From Chloroflexota bacterium (GTDB lineage Bacteria > Chloroflexota > Anaerolineae > Anaerolineales > E44-bin32), in contig JADFRG010000010.1 in NCBI GenBank assembly GCA_022561385.1, forward strand, positions 13,135-77,134: a stretch of DNA of 64,000 nucleotides. Direction: 5' to 3'. The notes under the pieces were generated by a model. It did no database searches and was not told where the DNA came from. It saw only the letters and a list, made by a program, of their open reading frames with translations. A program made the translations under genes and the position numbers. Of this stretch, positions 49,679 through 59,629 are shown piece by piece. The stretch's first letter is position 1. Every line of letters begins with the position of its first letter.

Positions 49679-49741
49679 TTATCGTGGTTCGTTATACGGC
49701 GCTTTATTGAGTTCTTCGACCGGTATGTGGAGAACGCATAG
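49679..49741 (+). repeat. Diverged duplicate of the hydrolase C-terminal coding end, in frame directly after its TAG stop
   Basis: 49697-49741 encodes RRFIEFFDRYVENA* against the gene's own RRSIEFFDRYVKNAED* (49633-49678). The differences are mostly synonymous or third-position. The segment starts immediately after the stop codon and is in frame with it. Confidence 0.6.
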
Positions 49742-49938
49742 GACCCGTCACGGTGACGCGCCGGCCGGCACTCTGGGGGAGGCAGTCGCCGGCACGAGCA
49801 GGGGGGGGATTTGGTCCGACAAGTCTGCACCGAATTGATCTGTCAGTCAGGAGCCAAAGTGAGCCCGTTTAGGCAAAAAAAGTCCGCCCCTGCACTGCCA
49901 CGCCGACTTGAGCTACCTATATACGTGCGAAACGCGTT

Positions 49939-50781
49939 TCACGCGACCGAGGGAACAGGTGTGTTCTCGCGATAAAGACGACCACCCACCACAACCGCGG
50001 TCGCTTGCGCCAGCAACACCCCGGTGAGGAAAAATTCCATTAACACCACCGAAGCCCAGATGAGGGTCGGCAGTCGCTCAACCAGTTGATCCAGCGCCAT
50101 CGCTTGCTTCTCCAGTGTCGTAGATAACGTCCCGAGGCGTTCTCCCAGGTCGCGTACCTCATCCGAAAGCCCCTGAAGCTCGCCGCGGGTCTGATCTAGC
50201 TCCCCCGACACTGTATCGAATCCCTCGGCGGTATCGTAGATTTTTCCACTCACTTCGATCAATCCATCCGGGAGCGACTTCAGACCCGTCGCCACATCGG
50301 CCACGGCCTGTTCCAGGGATCGTTCGGGGTCGTAGCTGATTCCGGTTATCGCACCGAACACCGCCAGCCCGCGCAGCACTCGATCCACGGACTGCGCGGC
50401 GGATTGCACGGTGTCCAGGGCCCGGTTGGTTTGCTTCAGCGTATTCTCGCCGACATCTTCCAGGATCGCCGCCGAAGATTCCAACAAGGGTTTCGTGTCT
50501 TTAATGGTTTCCGAGATTTTTTCGATAGTAGTCGCGGCCGCTTCCAGCACTTCCGAGGCGGAGATCAAACTCGAACTTGTAGCGGCAACCGAGTTCGAAA
50601 GGTCGCCCAGTCCCTCCGAGACTTCTAGCGCGAGTTCCGTTGCAGACGGAATTAGCCGCGCGGGCAGGAACGGGAGCGCCGCAGCAAGAATCAGGCTGGC
50701 TGCGATCCCCAGCATTCCAAGTATTCGCATGGAAGTTCCCGCCCTGCGAAGCCATGGACTGGAATTTACTTTTGCATTCAC
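49939..50781 (-). CDS. Hypothetical membrane-anchored helical protein
   Basis: 280 aa with N- and C-terminal hydrophobic segments flanking a long Ala/Ser/Leu/Glu-rich helical region. The start is GTG 50781 or ATG 50730. Confidence 0.55.
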   Translation of the reverse strand: MNAKVNSSPWLRRAGTSMRILGMLGIAASLILAAALPFLPARLIPSATELALEVSEGLGDLSNSVAATSSSLISASEVLEAAATTIEKISETIKDTKPLLESSAAILEDVGENTLKQTNRALDTVQSAAQSVDRVLRGLAVFGAITGISYDPERSLEQAVADVATGLKSLPDGLIEVSGKIYDTAEGFDTVSGELDQTRGELQGLSDEVRDLGERLGTLSTTLEKQAMALDQLVERLPTLIWASVVLMEFFLTGVLLAQATAVVVGGRLYRENTPVPSVA

Positions 50782-50829
50782 AAGCGGAACGATAGCTCCA
50801 GTTTTTTACTGCCGATCACAACGCGCCGC

Positions 50830-51186
50830 TCAATCCGGCAGAATCCAGCTCAACACCATACTCACGATGCTGATGACGAGCGCGCCCAACACCGCGGTGA
50901 GGAAACTCTCGAAGAAATTCCCAGCCAAATCGAGAGAGTTGCTCAACACGGCGGTCAGCATCAGCATCAGCGCATTTACGACCAGCGTAAAAAGACCCAG
51001 CGTAAGCAGAGTGATCGGAAAGGTCAAAAGTTTCACAATCGGCCGGATCAAGGCGTTCACAAGTCCGAAAATTAACGCCACCAGGATCAGACTGCCCAGG
51101 TTGCCCTGGAAATCCAGGCCCATCAGCACGAGGCTTGCGACCCATATGGCGACCGCGTTGATAAATATCCGCAGAATGAACTTCAT
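50830..51186 (-). CDS. Small 4-TM membrane protein, DUF360/'phage holin family 4' type
   Basis: 118 aa. MKFILRIFINAVAIWVASLV...LIRPIVKLLTFPITLLTLGLF matches the pattern of the YvlD/DUF360 family. AGGAAGG SD. Confidence 0.7.
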   Translation of the reverse strand: MKFILRIFINAVAIWVASLVLMGLDFQGNLGSLILVALIFGLVNALIRPIVKLLTFPITLLTLGLFTLVVNALMLMLTAVLSNSLDLAGNFFESFLTAVLGALVISIVSMVLSWILPD

Positions 51187-51406
51187 GTTTGCCTTCCTGA
51201 GTCCGGCTTCTTCGGGTTAGCTCCGCTCCGGTATCCGAGACGGCGCAGTCAAAGAACAGGCATACAGATGAGCGGCTCCCAAGATAAACATCGTGACCAG
51301 AAAGCGCAAGATGTACGGGGTTCGAGAAAAACGCCGCCGAAATACATGCCAGATCTTCGCCGTCCGGTATTTGTGGAACTGAGTTTGGAAACCTCGGTCT
51401 ATGAGG

Positions 51407-51949
51407 CTAGTCGGAACGGGTCCTCACCAAGGCAGTGAAAGTTACTATGACGCCCAGCGCGATCAGAGCCAATGGAGCTCCTTTGGCCAGTGGCCCCTCG
51501 CCTCCAAGAAAAGCGGCGAAAATGGCGAAGGCCACCAAGCTGCCCGCCATCATCCAGAGTCCGACGGTCGAGGCACCCGGCCCCCAGAAACCGAAGCGGG
51601 CCGCGATCCACAAGCCGGCACCTACACTGGCGGGGATCAGCGCCCAGGTATAAGCCCACGAGTCCCAATCGTCGGTGATTGCCAGGTAGGTAAAGATAAA
51701 GCCAAGAACCAGCAGCAGCATCCCGGGAATAATCAAGCCCGCAAGCGCCTGGCGATGGGAGGGCAGGATCCACGGCGGGAGCAACAGCGCGAGTCCGACC
51801 GCGAAAAACATTCCGGGCCACATACTCCCCAGATCGATACCAGGCATCAAATTGGCGATGAAGAAGACCGTTCCCGTGGCGATCAGCAACATGCCAACAA
51901 CCACCCCGCCTCGGTTGGTGGTCTCGAGAGTGCGCCGCGTGTTGGCCAT
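51407..51949 (-). CDS. Hypothetical polytopic membrane protein
   Basis: 180 aa with about 5-6 hydrophobic segments rich in Gly/Trp. I do not recognise the family. Confidence 0.55.
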   Translation of the reverse strand: MANTRRTLETTNRGGVVVGMLLIATGTVFFIANLMPGIDLGSMWPGMFFAVGLALLLPPWILPSHRQALAGLIIPGMLLLVLGFIFTYLAITDDWDSWAYTWALIPASVGAGLWIAARFGFWGPGASTVGLWMMAGSLVAFAIFAAFLGGEGPLAKGAPLALIALGVIVTFTALVRTRSD

Positions 51950-52007
51950 CGCCCTATCTTAACTCCAAATACGGAGAGTCTCCGGTAAAGCCAATCTAAG
52001 ACTCATC

Positions 52008-52664
52008 TTACGCGCGCAGGCCCTGAATCAGTTTTGTCGTCAATTGCTCCAAATTATCCAGCACCGCATCTGCCAATGCCGCCGCCTCTTCTCCCGGCGG
52101 AAATGAAATGTTCGGGATCAGGACTACCGCCATTCCAGCCGCATACGCGGATCGGACCCCGTTCTCCGAGTCTTCGATCGCCGCGATATGACGCGGCTCG
52201 ACCCCGAGTCGCCTCGCCACCTCCTGGAATACATCCGGGTGCGGTTTGCCGCGCTCGACCTCTTCGGACGAAAGGGTGGCCTGGAATCGATCGTTCAATT
52301 CTGCTTGCTGCAGGGCCTTGTCGATCAACGAACGATTCGACGAAGAAGCCAGTCCGAGCGGCCACCCGGCGGCCAGACGATCTACCGCTTCGTGGGCCCC
52401 GGAAATCAGGGGGAGGTGGTCAACGTAGGCGAGCTCCATCCGTTTGACGACTTCGCCGTTTATCTCCTCCGGTGTCATCGGCAGCGCCAATTTTTTACTC
52501 ATGTAGCGCGACCACTCTGGCGAGCTCATACCCATCATGTCCCGCGAAGCCCTCGAGTGCCATTTACCTCCGGTCTCCCGGGTCAGCTGCTCCCGAACCC
52601 GGTCCCACACTTCTTCCGACTGCAGCAGCACTCCGTCGAGGTCGAAGATGACCGCTTCTATCAT
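52008..52664 (-). CDS. HAD-IA family hydrolase (beta-phosphoglucomutase/phosphatase-like)
   Basis: The start is at ATG 52664 (MIEAVIFDLDGVLL, HAD motif I) with GGGAGG upstream. Later S/T, K and DS.NG motifs are present. Confidence 0.85.
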   Translation of the reverse strand: MIEAVIFDLDGVLLQSEEVWDRVREQLTRETGGKWHSRASRDMMGMSSPEWSRYMSKKLALPMTPEEINGEVVKRMELAYVDHLPLISGAHEAVDRLAAGWPLGLASSSNRSLIDKALQQAELNDRFQATLSSEEVERGKPHPDVFQEVARRLGVEPRHIAAIEDSENGVRSAYAAGMAVVLIPNISFPPGEEAAALADAVLDNLEQLTTKLIQGLRA

Positions 52665-52752
52665 CCCGCTCGCCTCCCGCAAGAAGCGGCGAGCACGTGA
52701 ACGGCGTTCCCCCGCGATCGTTTACCCCACACTCGCCGATGCCCGCGATCCG

Positions 52753-53412
52753 CTACCACGTTCGGGATTCAAACCCATTGTGCAGATGAGAGTTGTCGCA
52801 AAAAGGCATCTCCCCGGATGCGCCGCATCGGCAGAGGCGAATCATCTTGCCCCGAAAGACGACCCCCTGCTCCGCGTCCACCACCTCGACCTGTCCCAAC
52901 AGTTGGTAGGGACCGTTCTCGATCGGCGTGATTTGCAGCGAGCCGCCCAACCCCGCATCGCCGCGACTGCCGACCCGTGGCTTGCCCGACTTGAACCCGG
53001 AGGCGATATGCGAATTGTCACAGAAGGGTTTGTTGTTCGATGCCCCGCAGCGGCATAAGGAGATCCGAGTATCCTGATGAAGCAATTTCCCCTGCGGTGA
53101 CACGATTTTCAGTTCTCCACGGACGTAAAGCGGGCCATCCAATACAAGTGTGACGGTGTTGGAGCTCGGAATGGGTTCCGGCAGCCCAGCGTCCTTCCGT
53201 TCGAAACGCAACGCTCCACTGGGGCAGCGCATCACAACCTCCGCCACGTCGGCGGGAGGGGCTCGATCCGGCTCGATCCATGGCATATGCTGCCGGTTGA
53301 AGGTCTGCGGGAGCCCACGTACACAATTTGCGGCATGGATGCAGCGTCGAACGTCATAACTTACGTCTACGGTCCGACCTCGATAATGCCGGCGCGTCTG
53401 CTTTGGGGGCAC
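52753..53412 (-). CDS. Iron-sulfur protein: N-terminal Cys-cluster domain plus two CDGSH-type domains
   Basis: 219 aa with a GTG start and a GGAGGGAAG SD. It has two C-x-C-x(8-9)-C-D-x-S-H motifs (CRCGASNNKPFCDNSH and CRCGASGEMPFCDNSH) and an N-terminal CIHAANCV...CPSGAL region. Confidence 0.8.
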   Translation of the reverse strand: MPPKQTRRHYRGRTVDVSYDVRRCIHAANCVRGLPQTFNRQHMPWIEPDRAPPADVAEVVMRCPSGALRFERKDAGLPEPIPSSNTVTLVLDGPLYVRGELKIVSPQGKLLHQDTRISLCRCGASNNKPFCDNSHIASGFKSGKPRVGSRGDAGLGGSLQITPIENGPYQLLGQVEVVDAEQGVVFRGKMIRLCRCGASGEMPFCDNSHLHNGFESRTW

Positions 53413-53525
53413 GTCTTCCCTCCGGAGGCACCTATGATACTCTGGGGTCCGCCAGATTTAACGGTAGGCCAAAACAGGCTGGCGACGGTCCGAGGGCAGA
53501 CTAGAAGGAAAGGCGAAAATCCAGG

Positions 53526-53975
53526 ATGACCGAAAGAAGCATGCGAGCTGAGGCTCAACCGTGGCTGGAAATCGGCCAAGCCATGATCCGGGGAGAGGTG
53601 TCTCAGCCTCCCGTGGCCAAGCTGGTAGGCTTCCGGCTGGTCGCGCTCGAACGCGGCAAGGCGACCATGCTTCTCGAGGCAGGCGAGCGGCACGCCAACC
53701 CGATGGGACCATTACACGGCGGAATCTTATGCGATGTGGCCGACGCGGCCATGGGCATGGCGTTCGCAAGCACGCTCCAGGCCGGCGAGACCACAACCAC
53801 CCTGGAGTTGAAGATCAACTTTCTAAAAACCGTCTGGGACGGACAGCTGCAGGCCGTGGGCCGGGTGGTCAAAAGCGGGCGCACGATCGGGTTAGTAGAG
53901 TGCGATGTGTTAGACGAAGGTGGAAGCCTGGTGGCCCGTGCCTCGAGCACCTGCATGATCCTGCGCGGGGATTAG
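53526..53975 (+). CDS. PaaI-family hotdog-fold thioesterase
   Basis: 149 aa. GPLHGGILCDVADAAMGMAF and TLELKINFL are typical of PaaI/YbgC-like thioesterases. Confidence 0.85.
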   Translation: MTERSMRAEAQPWLEIGQAMIRGEVSQPPVAKLVGFRLVALERGKATMLLEAGERHANPMGPLHGGILCDVADAAMGMAFASTLQAGETTTTLELKINFLKTVWDGQLQAVGRVVKSGRTIGLVECDVLDEGGSLVARASSTCMILRGD

Positions 53976-53992
53976 GCCAAGGGTCGCTAGGA

Positions 53993-56155
53993 CTACCAGC
54001 GACCGCGGCGGGTTCGCGCCTCTGGATTGACCAACTCGTCCTCCGAGGCCAATTCGACGCGCACCGCACAGGCCTTGTATTCTGGGATCTTTGCCACGGG
54101 GTCGAGTTCGTCCAGCGTCAGCAAGTTGGCCGCCGCTTCGTGGAAGTGCCAGGGGATAAACACCACTCCTAGATTGGCTTTCTCGGTGACATTTGCGCGT
54201 AGGACGATGGAGCCTCTCCGTGAGGATACTCGTACAGTATCTCCAGACTTGACCCCTGTCCGCGCCGCGTCCACGCGATTCATTTCAACCAGGGCTTCGG
54301 GGTAGAGCACGTCGAGCTGAGAATTGCGTGTCATCGTCCCACCGTGCCAGTGCTCGAGCAGTCGTCCGGTGGTCAAGATAAGCGGGTATTCGTGATCCGG
54401 AGCTTCTGCGGAAGGCACGTATTCGAGCAGGTGAAACTTCCCTCTCCCTCTGGGGAAAGTCTCCTCAAACAGGAAGGGGGTACCGGGATGATCTTCGTCC
54501 GGCACCGGTGTCTGGAGTCCAACCTCATCGAGCCGCTCGTAGCGTATGCCGCGATAGGCGGAGACGACCTCACCCATCTCGATCAAGACTTGCTCGGGAT
54601 CCCGGTAGTCCCAGTAGGCCGATCCGGGCCGCCCCAGGCGATCCTCAATCCGCTTCGCCAACCCGGAGATGATTTCGACATCGGGAAGTGAATGCCCGCG
54701 CGGCTCCAGCGCTTTGCGTATGCGCTGCACGCGGCGATCGGTGTTCGTGAAGGTGCCGTCCTTCTCCGCCCAGGAAGCGCCGGGCAGGATGACGTCCGCG
54801 TAGGCTCCCGACTCGTTGATGAAGAGGTCGTGCACCGCCAGGAACTCCAGGTTCTCCATGTGGTGACGCGTGACATTCAAATTGGGTTCGGCCATCATGG
54901 GGTTCTCGCCCATGATATACAGCGCGCGCACGCCGCCTTCTCCAACGTTGGACAGAATCTCCGTCGTCGTCAGGCCCTTCTCTTGATTGAGCCCGCCCGG
55001 CTCAACGTTCCAGGCCTTCTCCCAGATATCGGCGCTGGCGGGATCGTCCACTTCCATATAGCCCGGATAATGCCACGGTATGGCCCCCATGTCAGAAGCA
55101 CCCTGCACATTGTTTTGGCCGCGCAGCGGGTTGAGGCCGGTACCTTCGCGGCCGATATGTCCGGTGAGCAGCGCCAAGTGTATCAACGAGAACGCATTGT
55201 CAACCCCGTGAGTGCTCTCGGAGATTCCGAGCGCCCAGTAGATTGCGGCGCGCTCCGCGGTGGCGTACATACGGGCCGCCTCAATGATCAGGTTGCGGTC
55301 TACTCCAGATATGGATTCAGCGAACTCCGGCGTGAATTTCTCCATCGATTTGGCGAAATCCTCGAAACCTTCCGTGCGTTGATCGATGAATTCCTGGTTG
55401 TAGAGCTTCTCCTCGATGATCACGTGCGCCATCGCCGCGAAAACCGTCACATCCGTACCTGGCATTTGCGGCAGCCATAGCGTCGCCCAGTTGGCTAGCT
55501 CGACTCGGCGGGGGTCGACCACGATCAGCTTGGAACCGTACTTCTCAACCGCCTCCTTCATCTGCAGACCGATGATGGGATGCGTCTCGGCGGTGTTGGA
55601 GCCGGTGACGATGAAGACATCGGTCTTGATGACTTCGGCGGCGGTGTTGCTCATGGATGCCGATCCGATGGCCATCTGCAGCGCCACCACCGAGGCGGCG
55701 TGGCACAGCCGGGTGCAGTGGTCCACATTGTTGGTGCGGAAGAGGGCGCGAAACATCTTCTGCAGCAGGTAGTTGTCTTCGTTGGTCGCTTTAGCACAGC
55801 AGTAGACCGCCATGGCGTCCGAACCATCCCGCTCATAGATCTCCACGAGCCGGTCGGCGGTATAGTCCAGAGCCTCATCCCAGGAGACCTGGCGCCACTC
55901 GTCGAGATCGAATGCCTGGCTGCGCTCGCCAGCCCGCTGCGGCGTCTTGCGCATCAACGGCTCGGTGACCCGTTTCTTGCTGTAGATCATGTCATAGCCG
56001 TAGCGGCCTTTGACGCACAGGTTGCCCTTGTTGACGATATTGTTGTGATCCGAGGTCACCTTGAAAATGAAATCGTCCTTGAGATGCAAATCCATCCCGC
56101 ATCCGACTCCGCAGTAGGGACAGACTGTGCTGACGACTCGGTCGGCTTCAATCAC
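53993..56155 (-). CDS. fdhF: Formate dehydrogenase alpha subunit, molybdopterin (bis-MGD) catalytic polypeptide, Cys-type
   Basis: 720 aa with a GTG start and a GGAGGT SD. It has the N-terminal CPYCGVGC 4Fe-4S Mo/W-type motif. [15 protein letters not shown] aligns with the FdhF active-site segment, with Cys where selenoenzymes have Sec, so no TGA recoding is involved. Confidence 0.9.
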   Translation of the reverse strand: MIEADRVVSTVCPYCGVGCGMDLHLKDDFIFKVTSDHNNIVNKGNLCVKGRYGYDMIYSKKRVTEPLMRKTPQRAGERSQAFDLDEWRQVSWDEALDYTADRLVEIYERDGSDAMAVYCCAKATNEDNYLLQKMFRALFRTNNVDHCTRLCHAASVVALQMAIGSASMSNTAAEVIKTDVFIVTGSNTAETHPIIGLQMKEAVEKYGSKLIVVDPRRVELANWATLWLPQMPGTDVTVFAAMAHVIIEEKLYNQEFIDQRTEGFEDFAKSMEKFTPEFAESISGVDRNLIIEAARMYATAERAAIYWALGISESTHGVDNAFSLIHLALLTGHIGREGTGLNPLRGQNNVQGASDMGAIPWHYPGYMEVDDPASADIWEKAWNVEPGGLNQEKGLTTTEILSNVGEGGVRALYIMGENPMMAEPNLNVTRHHMENLEFLAVHDLFINESGAYADVILPGASWAEKDGTFTNTDRRVQRIRKALEPRGHSLPDVEIISGLAKRIEDRLGRPGSAYWDYRDPEQVLIEMGEVVSAYRGIRYERLDEVGLQTPVPDEDHPGTPFLFEETFPRGRGKFHLLEYVPSAEAPDHEYPLILTTGRLLEHWHGGTMTRNSQLDVLYPEALVEMNRVDAARTGVKSGDTVRVSSRRGSIVLRANVTEKANLGVVFIPWHFHEAAANLLTLDELDPVAKIPEYKACAVRVELASEDELVNPEARTRRGRW

Positions 56156-56238
56156 CCTAAACCTCCCACGCGGTGCACAGGGTACGAATGTTCAGCACGA
56201 ATCTGGATCGTTCCGCACAACCGTATGTTGTGGTCATC

Positions 56239-56943
56239 CTACCCCGACCGCCTTCTTCCCCGGCGTTCCATGCGCGTCAACTGCATGATCTCATCCGGCG
56301 TTTGTCCTTGCTCCAGCAGCCATTCACGCTTGGGTTTCAGGGCGCCGGTCGGGCAAACATCCACGCATTGCCCGCAGAAGACACAGGTTGATTCGGGCAG
56401 ACTCTGGTTGAAGAAGGTATCGATACTAGTTTCGAATCCGCGCCCGCTGAAGTTAATGGCGTACGTGTACTGGGCGTCCTCTGCGCAGACCTGAACGCAG
56501 CGCCAGCAGAGAACGCACTGGGAGTAGTCGCGCACGAACATCGGGTTGTCATCGATGATAATTGATTCTCGCTTCGCACCGTTCTCGAAACGTTTCGGGT
56601 TCGCGTCGTAATCCCGTAGCTGGGCCTGAATTTCGGGCGCTTCGTTGAGGTTCACCGCAGAATCGAGCATCTCCAGGATCGTGCGCCGACTGCGTTCCAC
56701 TCGCGGGCTGCGGGTGTGAACGTTCATGCCATCGCGCACTTCGGCCACACACGCGGGCTGCAGAACGCGGGCGTCTTCTACTTCCACGACACACAGGCGG
56801 CAAATACCGTAGGAGCTGCAGTGATCGTGATAGCAAATGGTCGGGATTTCGGTCCCCAGCTCCGCGGCGGCGCTCAAGATCGTCGTCCCGGGGGGAACGG
56901 TGACTGAGTTGCCGTCGATTATCAGCTTAATGGCTTCCGTCAA
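56239..56943 (-). CDS. Formate dehydrogenase alpha, N-terminal Fe-S polypeptide (2Fe-2S plus 4Fe-4S, NuoG-like), separately encoded
   Basis: 234 aa with a TTG start and an AGGAGAGAG SD. It has a 2Fe-2S ferredoxin-like N-terminus ([16 protein letters not shown]...CYHD...CRLC) and 4Fe-4S motifs [11 protein letters not shown] and [16 protein letters not shown]. Confidence 0.85.
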   Translation of the reverse strand: MTEAIKLIIDGNSVTVPPGTTILSAAAELGTEIPTICYHDHCSSYGICRLCVVEVEDARVLQPACVAEVRDGMNVHTRSPRVERSRRTILEMLDSAVNLNEAPEIQAQLRDYDANPKRFENGAKRESIIIDDNPMFVRDYSQCVLCWRCVQVCAEDAQYTYAINFSGRGFETSIDTFFNQSLPESTCVFCGQCVDVCPTGALKPKREWLLEQGQTPDEIMQLTRMERRGRRRSG

Positions 56944-56962
56944 GCTCTCTCCTGAATGAGGA

Positions 56963-57796
56963 CTAGTCGCCGCTCAGACTCGCGACGGGATACTCGACCG
57001 AGGTGAAAAGTTCATTGATTGCCAGGTCCGCATCAAGCAGTCGCTCTGGATGAGCATAAACATTCATCCGAGTGCGGCGGACATAGCCACACAGCGTGAT
57101 GTTCCACTCGCGTGCCAGACCGACCGACATACTGGTGGGCGAGGTACGCGAAGCCACGATGGGACAGCCCATTTTGACCGCTTTGTTGATCATCTCCGAC
57201 GAAATGCGGCCGGTTGCCAGCAGCATCAGTCCTTCGGGATCCATTTCCCGGCGCAGGCACTCGCCGCGCAGACGATCGATGGTGTTGTGGCGCCCGATGT
57301 CTTCCGCCACGATCACAAGCCGTTCCCCGTCGCTCAGAGCCGATGTGTGGACGCCTCGGGCGCGGGCATAAAGGCTGTCCCGAGTCTGCAGCCTCATCAT
57401 CAGCTCGCCGATTTTTTGCGGCTCAACTACGAGCTGCGCGCGCACGGGTTCCTGGTGTGCCGCGAGATCTGAAAACGTCAGGCCCCCTCCGCAGCCGGAG
57501 GTGATGATCCTACGGCGCGGCCGATCCCAAATCGACTTATTCAGCCAGATATCGACACAGTTCCCGGTTGCGCAGACGTGGTCGATCGCCACGTCCTCGC
57601 ACGAGGTGATCAACTCTTCGTTCGCCAAAAATCCCAGCGCCAGCTGCAGCGGATCCCTGGGGGTGCACATGAGCGAAGCCAATTCGCGACCATTTACAAA
57701 GAGGGTGATTTCTCCCTCCTCGATAACTTCGGCCTCGACCTCTCGCCAGTCGCCGGCGTATTGGTGATATCTGAAGGGTACCGTTCCGTCCGGTAT
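56963..57796 (-). CDS. fdhD: Formate dehydrogenase accessory sulfurtransferase FdhD, probable non-canonical ATA start
   Basis: The GRHNTIDRL motif and the FdhD pattern are present. The conserved N-terminal block [31 protein letters not shown] lies upstream of the first ATG (57682) but in frame. Between the in-frame TAA (57800-57802) and that block there is no ATG, GTG or TTG. ATA at 57796 sits 7 nt after GGAGGT. Confidence 0.75.
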   Translation of the reverse strand: MPDGTVPFRYHQYAGDWREVEAEVIEEGEITLFVNGRELASLMCTPRDPLQLALGFLANEELITSCEDVAIDHVCATGNCVDIWLNKSIWDRPRRRIITSGCGGGLTFSDLAAHQEPVRAQLVVEPQKIGELMMRLQTRDSLYARARGVHTSALSDGERLVIVAEDIGRHNTIDRLRGECLRREMDPEGLMLLATGRISSEMINKAVKMGCPIVASRTSPTSMSVGLAREWNITLCGYVRRTRMNVYAHPERLLDADLAINELFTSVEYPVASLSGD

Positions 57797-57836
57797 GACT
57801 TATACCTCCGAGTTCGGCTCAGACATTCTAGGCAGC

Positions 57837-59588
57837 CTACTGAGCTCCGTTACCAGAGAACAACTCCGGCCAAGTGTCGATAGCGCTCAACACCGCAGTT
57901 GCGGCGGTTTGCCCCAGACCGCAGAGAGAAGCATCGGTCATAGTCCATCCCACGTCGGTCAGCCGCTCTACATCACCGGGCTGGTAATTGCCTTTGGCCA
58001 ACTCTGTGAGAATCTCGTACTGGCGCTGCGTTCCGAGCTGGCATGGGTAGCACTTCCCACACGACTCGTCCGCGAAGAAGTGTGCCAGCCCGCGCAGCAC
58101 CTGGCGCATGTCGCGCGCCTCATTGAAGACCATGACCACTCCCGAGCCAAGTGGGAGGCCGGCCTCTTTGAGATCCTCAAAGGTCATCTTCACATCCAGA
58201 TGCTGTGCTGTTGCAAAAGCCCCCGCCGCCCCTCCGAACAGGATCCCTTGCAGCTCTCCGCCAACAACGCCTCCGCCGAGATCTTCGAGTAAATGTCGCA
58301 ACGGTACGCCGAATTCCACTTCATATAATCCGGGGCGAGCCACGTCGCCTGACAAGCAGAATAATTTCGTACCGGGAGACTCCTCAGTGCCTCTCTCTCG
58401 GAACGCCTGAGATCCGCCCCGAATAATCAAGGGCACGTTGGCCAGCGTCTCGACGTTGTTGACTACCGTGGGCTTGCCAAATAACCCATGCGTCGTCGGA
58501 AATGGAGGCTTGATGCGCGGGAAACCGCGCTTCCCTTCGATCGATTCGAAAAGCGCCGTTTCTTCACCACAGATATAGGCCCCCGCTCCGCTCCGAATCT
58601 CGATGTCGAAGCCAAATTCGCTGCCGAGAATGTTTGCACCTAGATACCCTTGCCGCCGCGCCTCATCGATGGCGTTTCGGACGATGTTTTCCGCCTTCCG
58701 GTATTCGCCTCGAATGTAGAGGTAGCCGACCTCCGCGCCCACCGCGTAGCCGGCCAGGATCGTACCTTCCAGGCTGCTGTGCGGGTCGTCCTCCAGGAGC
58801 ACGCGATCTTTAAAGGTCCCCGGCTCGGATTCGTCTGCGTTGCAAATCACATACTTGGGATCGCCGGGTGCGCCGGCGGCCCCTTCCCACTTCACGCCGG
58901 TGGGGAAGGCCGCGCCGCCACGCCCGACCAGGCCCGAGGCCTTGATTTCCTCGATCACATCGGTGGGGGCCATCTCGCCGACCGCCTTTCGCAGCGCCGC
59001 GTAACCTCCAGCGGCCTCGTACTCACCGATGGTGGCCGGAGCACCTTTTCCGCAGTTGCCGGTCAGCAATCGAATGTCCCCTCCGACCTGGCTCGAGGCC
59101 TGCTCCCAATCGCCCGACAGCAGCGCCTGCGGACGATCGGCCTTCGCATGGGTCAAAGGGAGATCGTTTATGAGCACTACCGGGGCATGTTCGCAACGAC
59201 CGAGACAAGGCGCGCGTTCCAGAGTCCATTTCCCATCCGACGTAATATCACCTGGCTCGACCTCGAGGTGTTCCGATATTGAATCCAGGACCTGCTGCCC
59301 GCCGGCCTGCGCACAGGGTGGATCGACACACACACGTACGATTTGCTCCCCCACTCGCTCCTTGTAAAGAAGGGCATAGAAGTCGATCACGCCGTAAACG
59401 TCGGCGAGCGGTACGCCCAGGCGTCGGCCGACCTCTGCCGCTACAGGTTCGGGCAGGTACCCGTATCGCCTTTGAGCGGCATGAAGCGCCGGAAGCAGCG
59501 CGCTCCGGCCCTGTGGGGCATAGGGGTTGAGGATCGCTACGAGCGGGTCGAGATCAAATTCGGGGGGTGCGGGCAGGTCGGAAGACAT
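57837..59588 (-). CDS. NAD(H)-binding diaphorase subunit: NuoE-like (2Fe-2S) fused to NuoF-like (FMN/NAD/4Fe-4S), FdsG-FdsB type
   Basis: 583 aa. The N-terminus is NuoE-like ([17 protein letters not shown]...CVDPPC). The NuoF motifs [28 protein letters not shown] and [12 protein letters not shown] follow. Confidence 0.9.
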   Translation of the reverse strand: MSSDLPAPPEFDLDPLVAILNPYAPQGRSALLPALHAAQRRYGYLPEPVAAEVGRRLGVPLADVYGVIDFYALLYKERVGEQIVRVCVDPPCAQAGGQQVLDSISEHLEVEPGDITSDGKWTLERAPCLGRCEHAPVVLINDLPLTHAKADRPQALLSGDWEQASSQVGGDIRLLTGNCGKGAPATIGEYEAAGGYAALRKAVGEMAPTDVIEEIKASGLVGRGGAAFPTGVKWEGAAGAPGDPKYVICNADESEPGTFKDRVLLEDDPHSSLEGTILAGYAVGAEVGYLYIRGEYRKAENIVRNAIDEARRQGYLGANILGSEFGFDIEIRSGAGAYICGEETALFESIEGKRGFPRIKPPFPTTHGLFGKPTVVNNVETLANVPLIIRGGSQAFRERGTEESPGTKLFCLSGDVARPGLYEVEFGVPLRHLLEDLGGGVVGGELQGILFGGAAGAFATAQHLDVKMTFEDLKEAGLPLGSGVVMVFNEARDMRQVLRGLAHFFADESCGKCYPCQLGTQRQYEILTELAKGNYQPGDVERLTDVGWTMTDASLCGLGQTAATAVLSAIDTWPELFSGNGAQ

Positions 59589-59610
59589 AGGTTAGTGGTA
59601 CTCAGTATGG

Positions 59611-59629
59611 TAATGCTAGAATAGCATTA
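59611..59629. promoter_or_regulatory. Inverted repeat TAATGCTA-gaa-TAGCATTA overlapping an extended -10 (TGcTAGAAT): candidate operator
   Basis: Read directly. The 8-bp perfect arms have a 3-nt spacer in the divergent fds / FAD-oxidoreductase intergenic region. TAGAAT lies at 59617-59622, with TG 1 nt upstream. Confidence 0.4.

Noticed and set aside
56157-56237. 26-codon ORF ([26 protein letters not shown]) that exactly fills the gap between the two formate dehydrogenase alpha halves.
   Set aside because: It has no convincing SD at proper spacing, no recognisable similarity to the linker of fused alpha subunits, and it lies in a different frame from both neighbours. It is probably a coincidence.
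55580-56494. 304-aa + strand ORF. Similar long antisense ORFs lie at 7605-8372, 13949-14803, 50411-51220, 54692-55480, 5333-6031, 47186-47845, 62677-63258 and 21437-21940.
   Set aside because: All of them overlap confidently assigned genes on the opposite strand or in another frame, and they have low-complexity Arg/Gly/Pro-rich translations.
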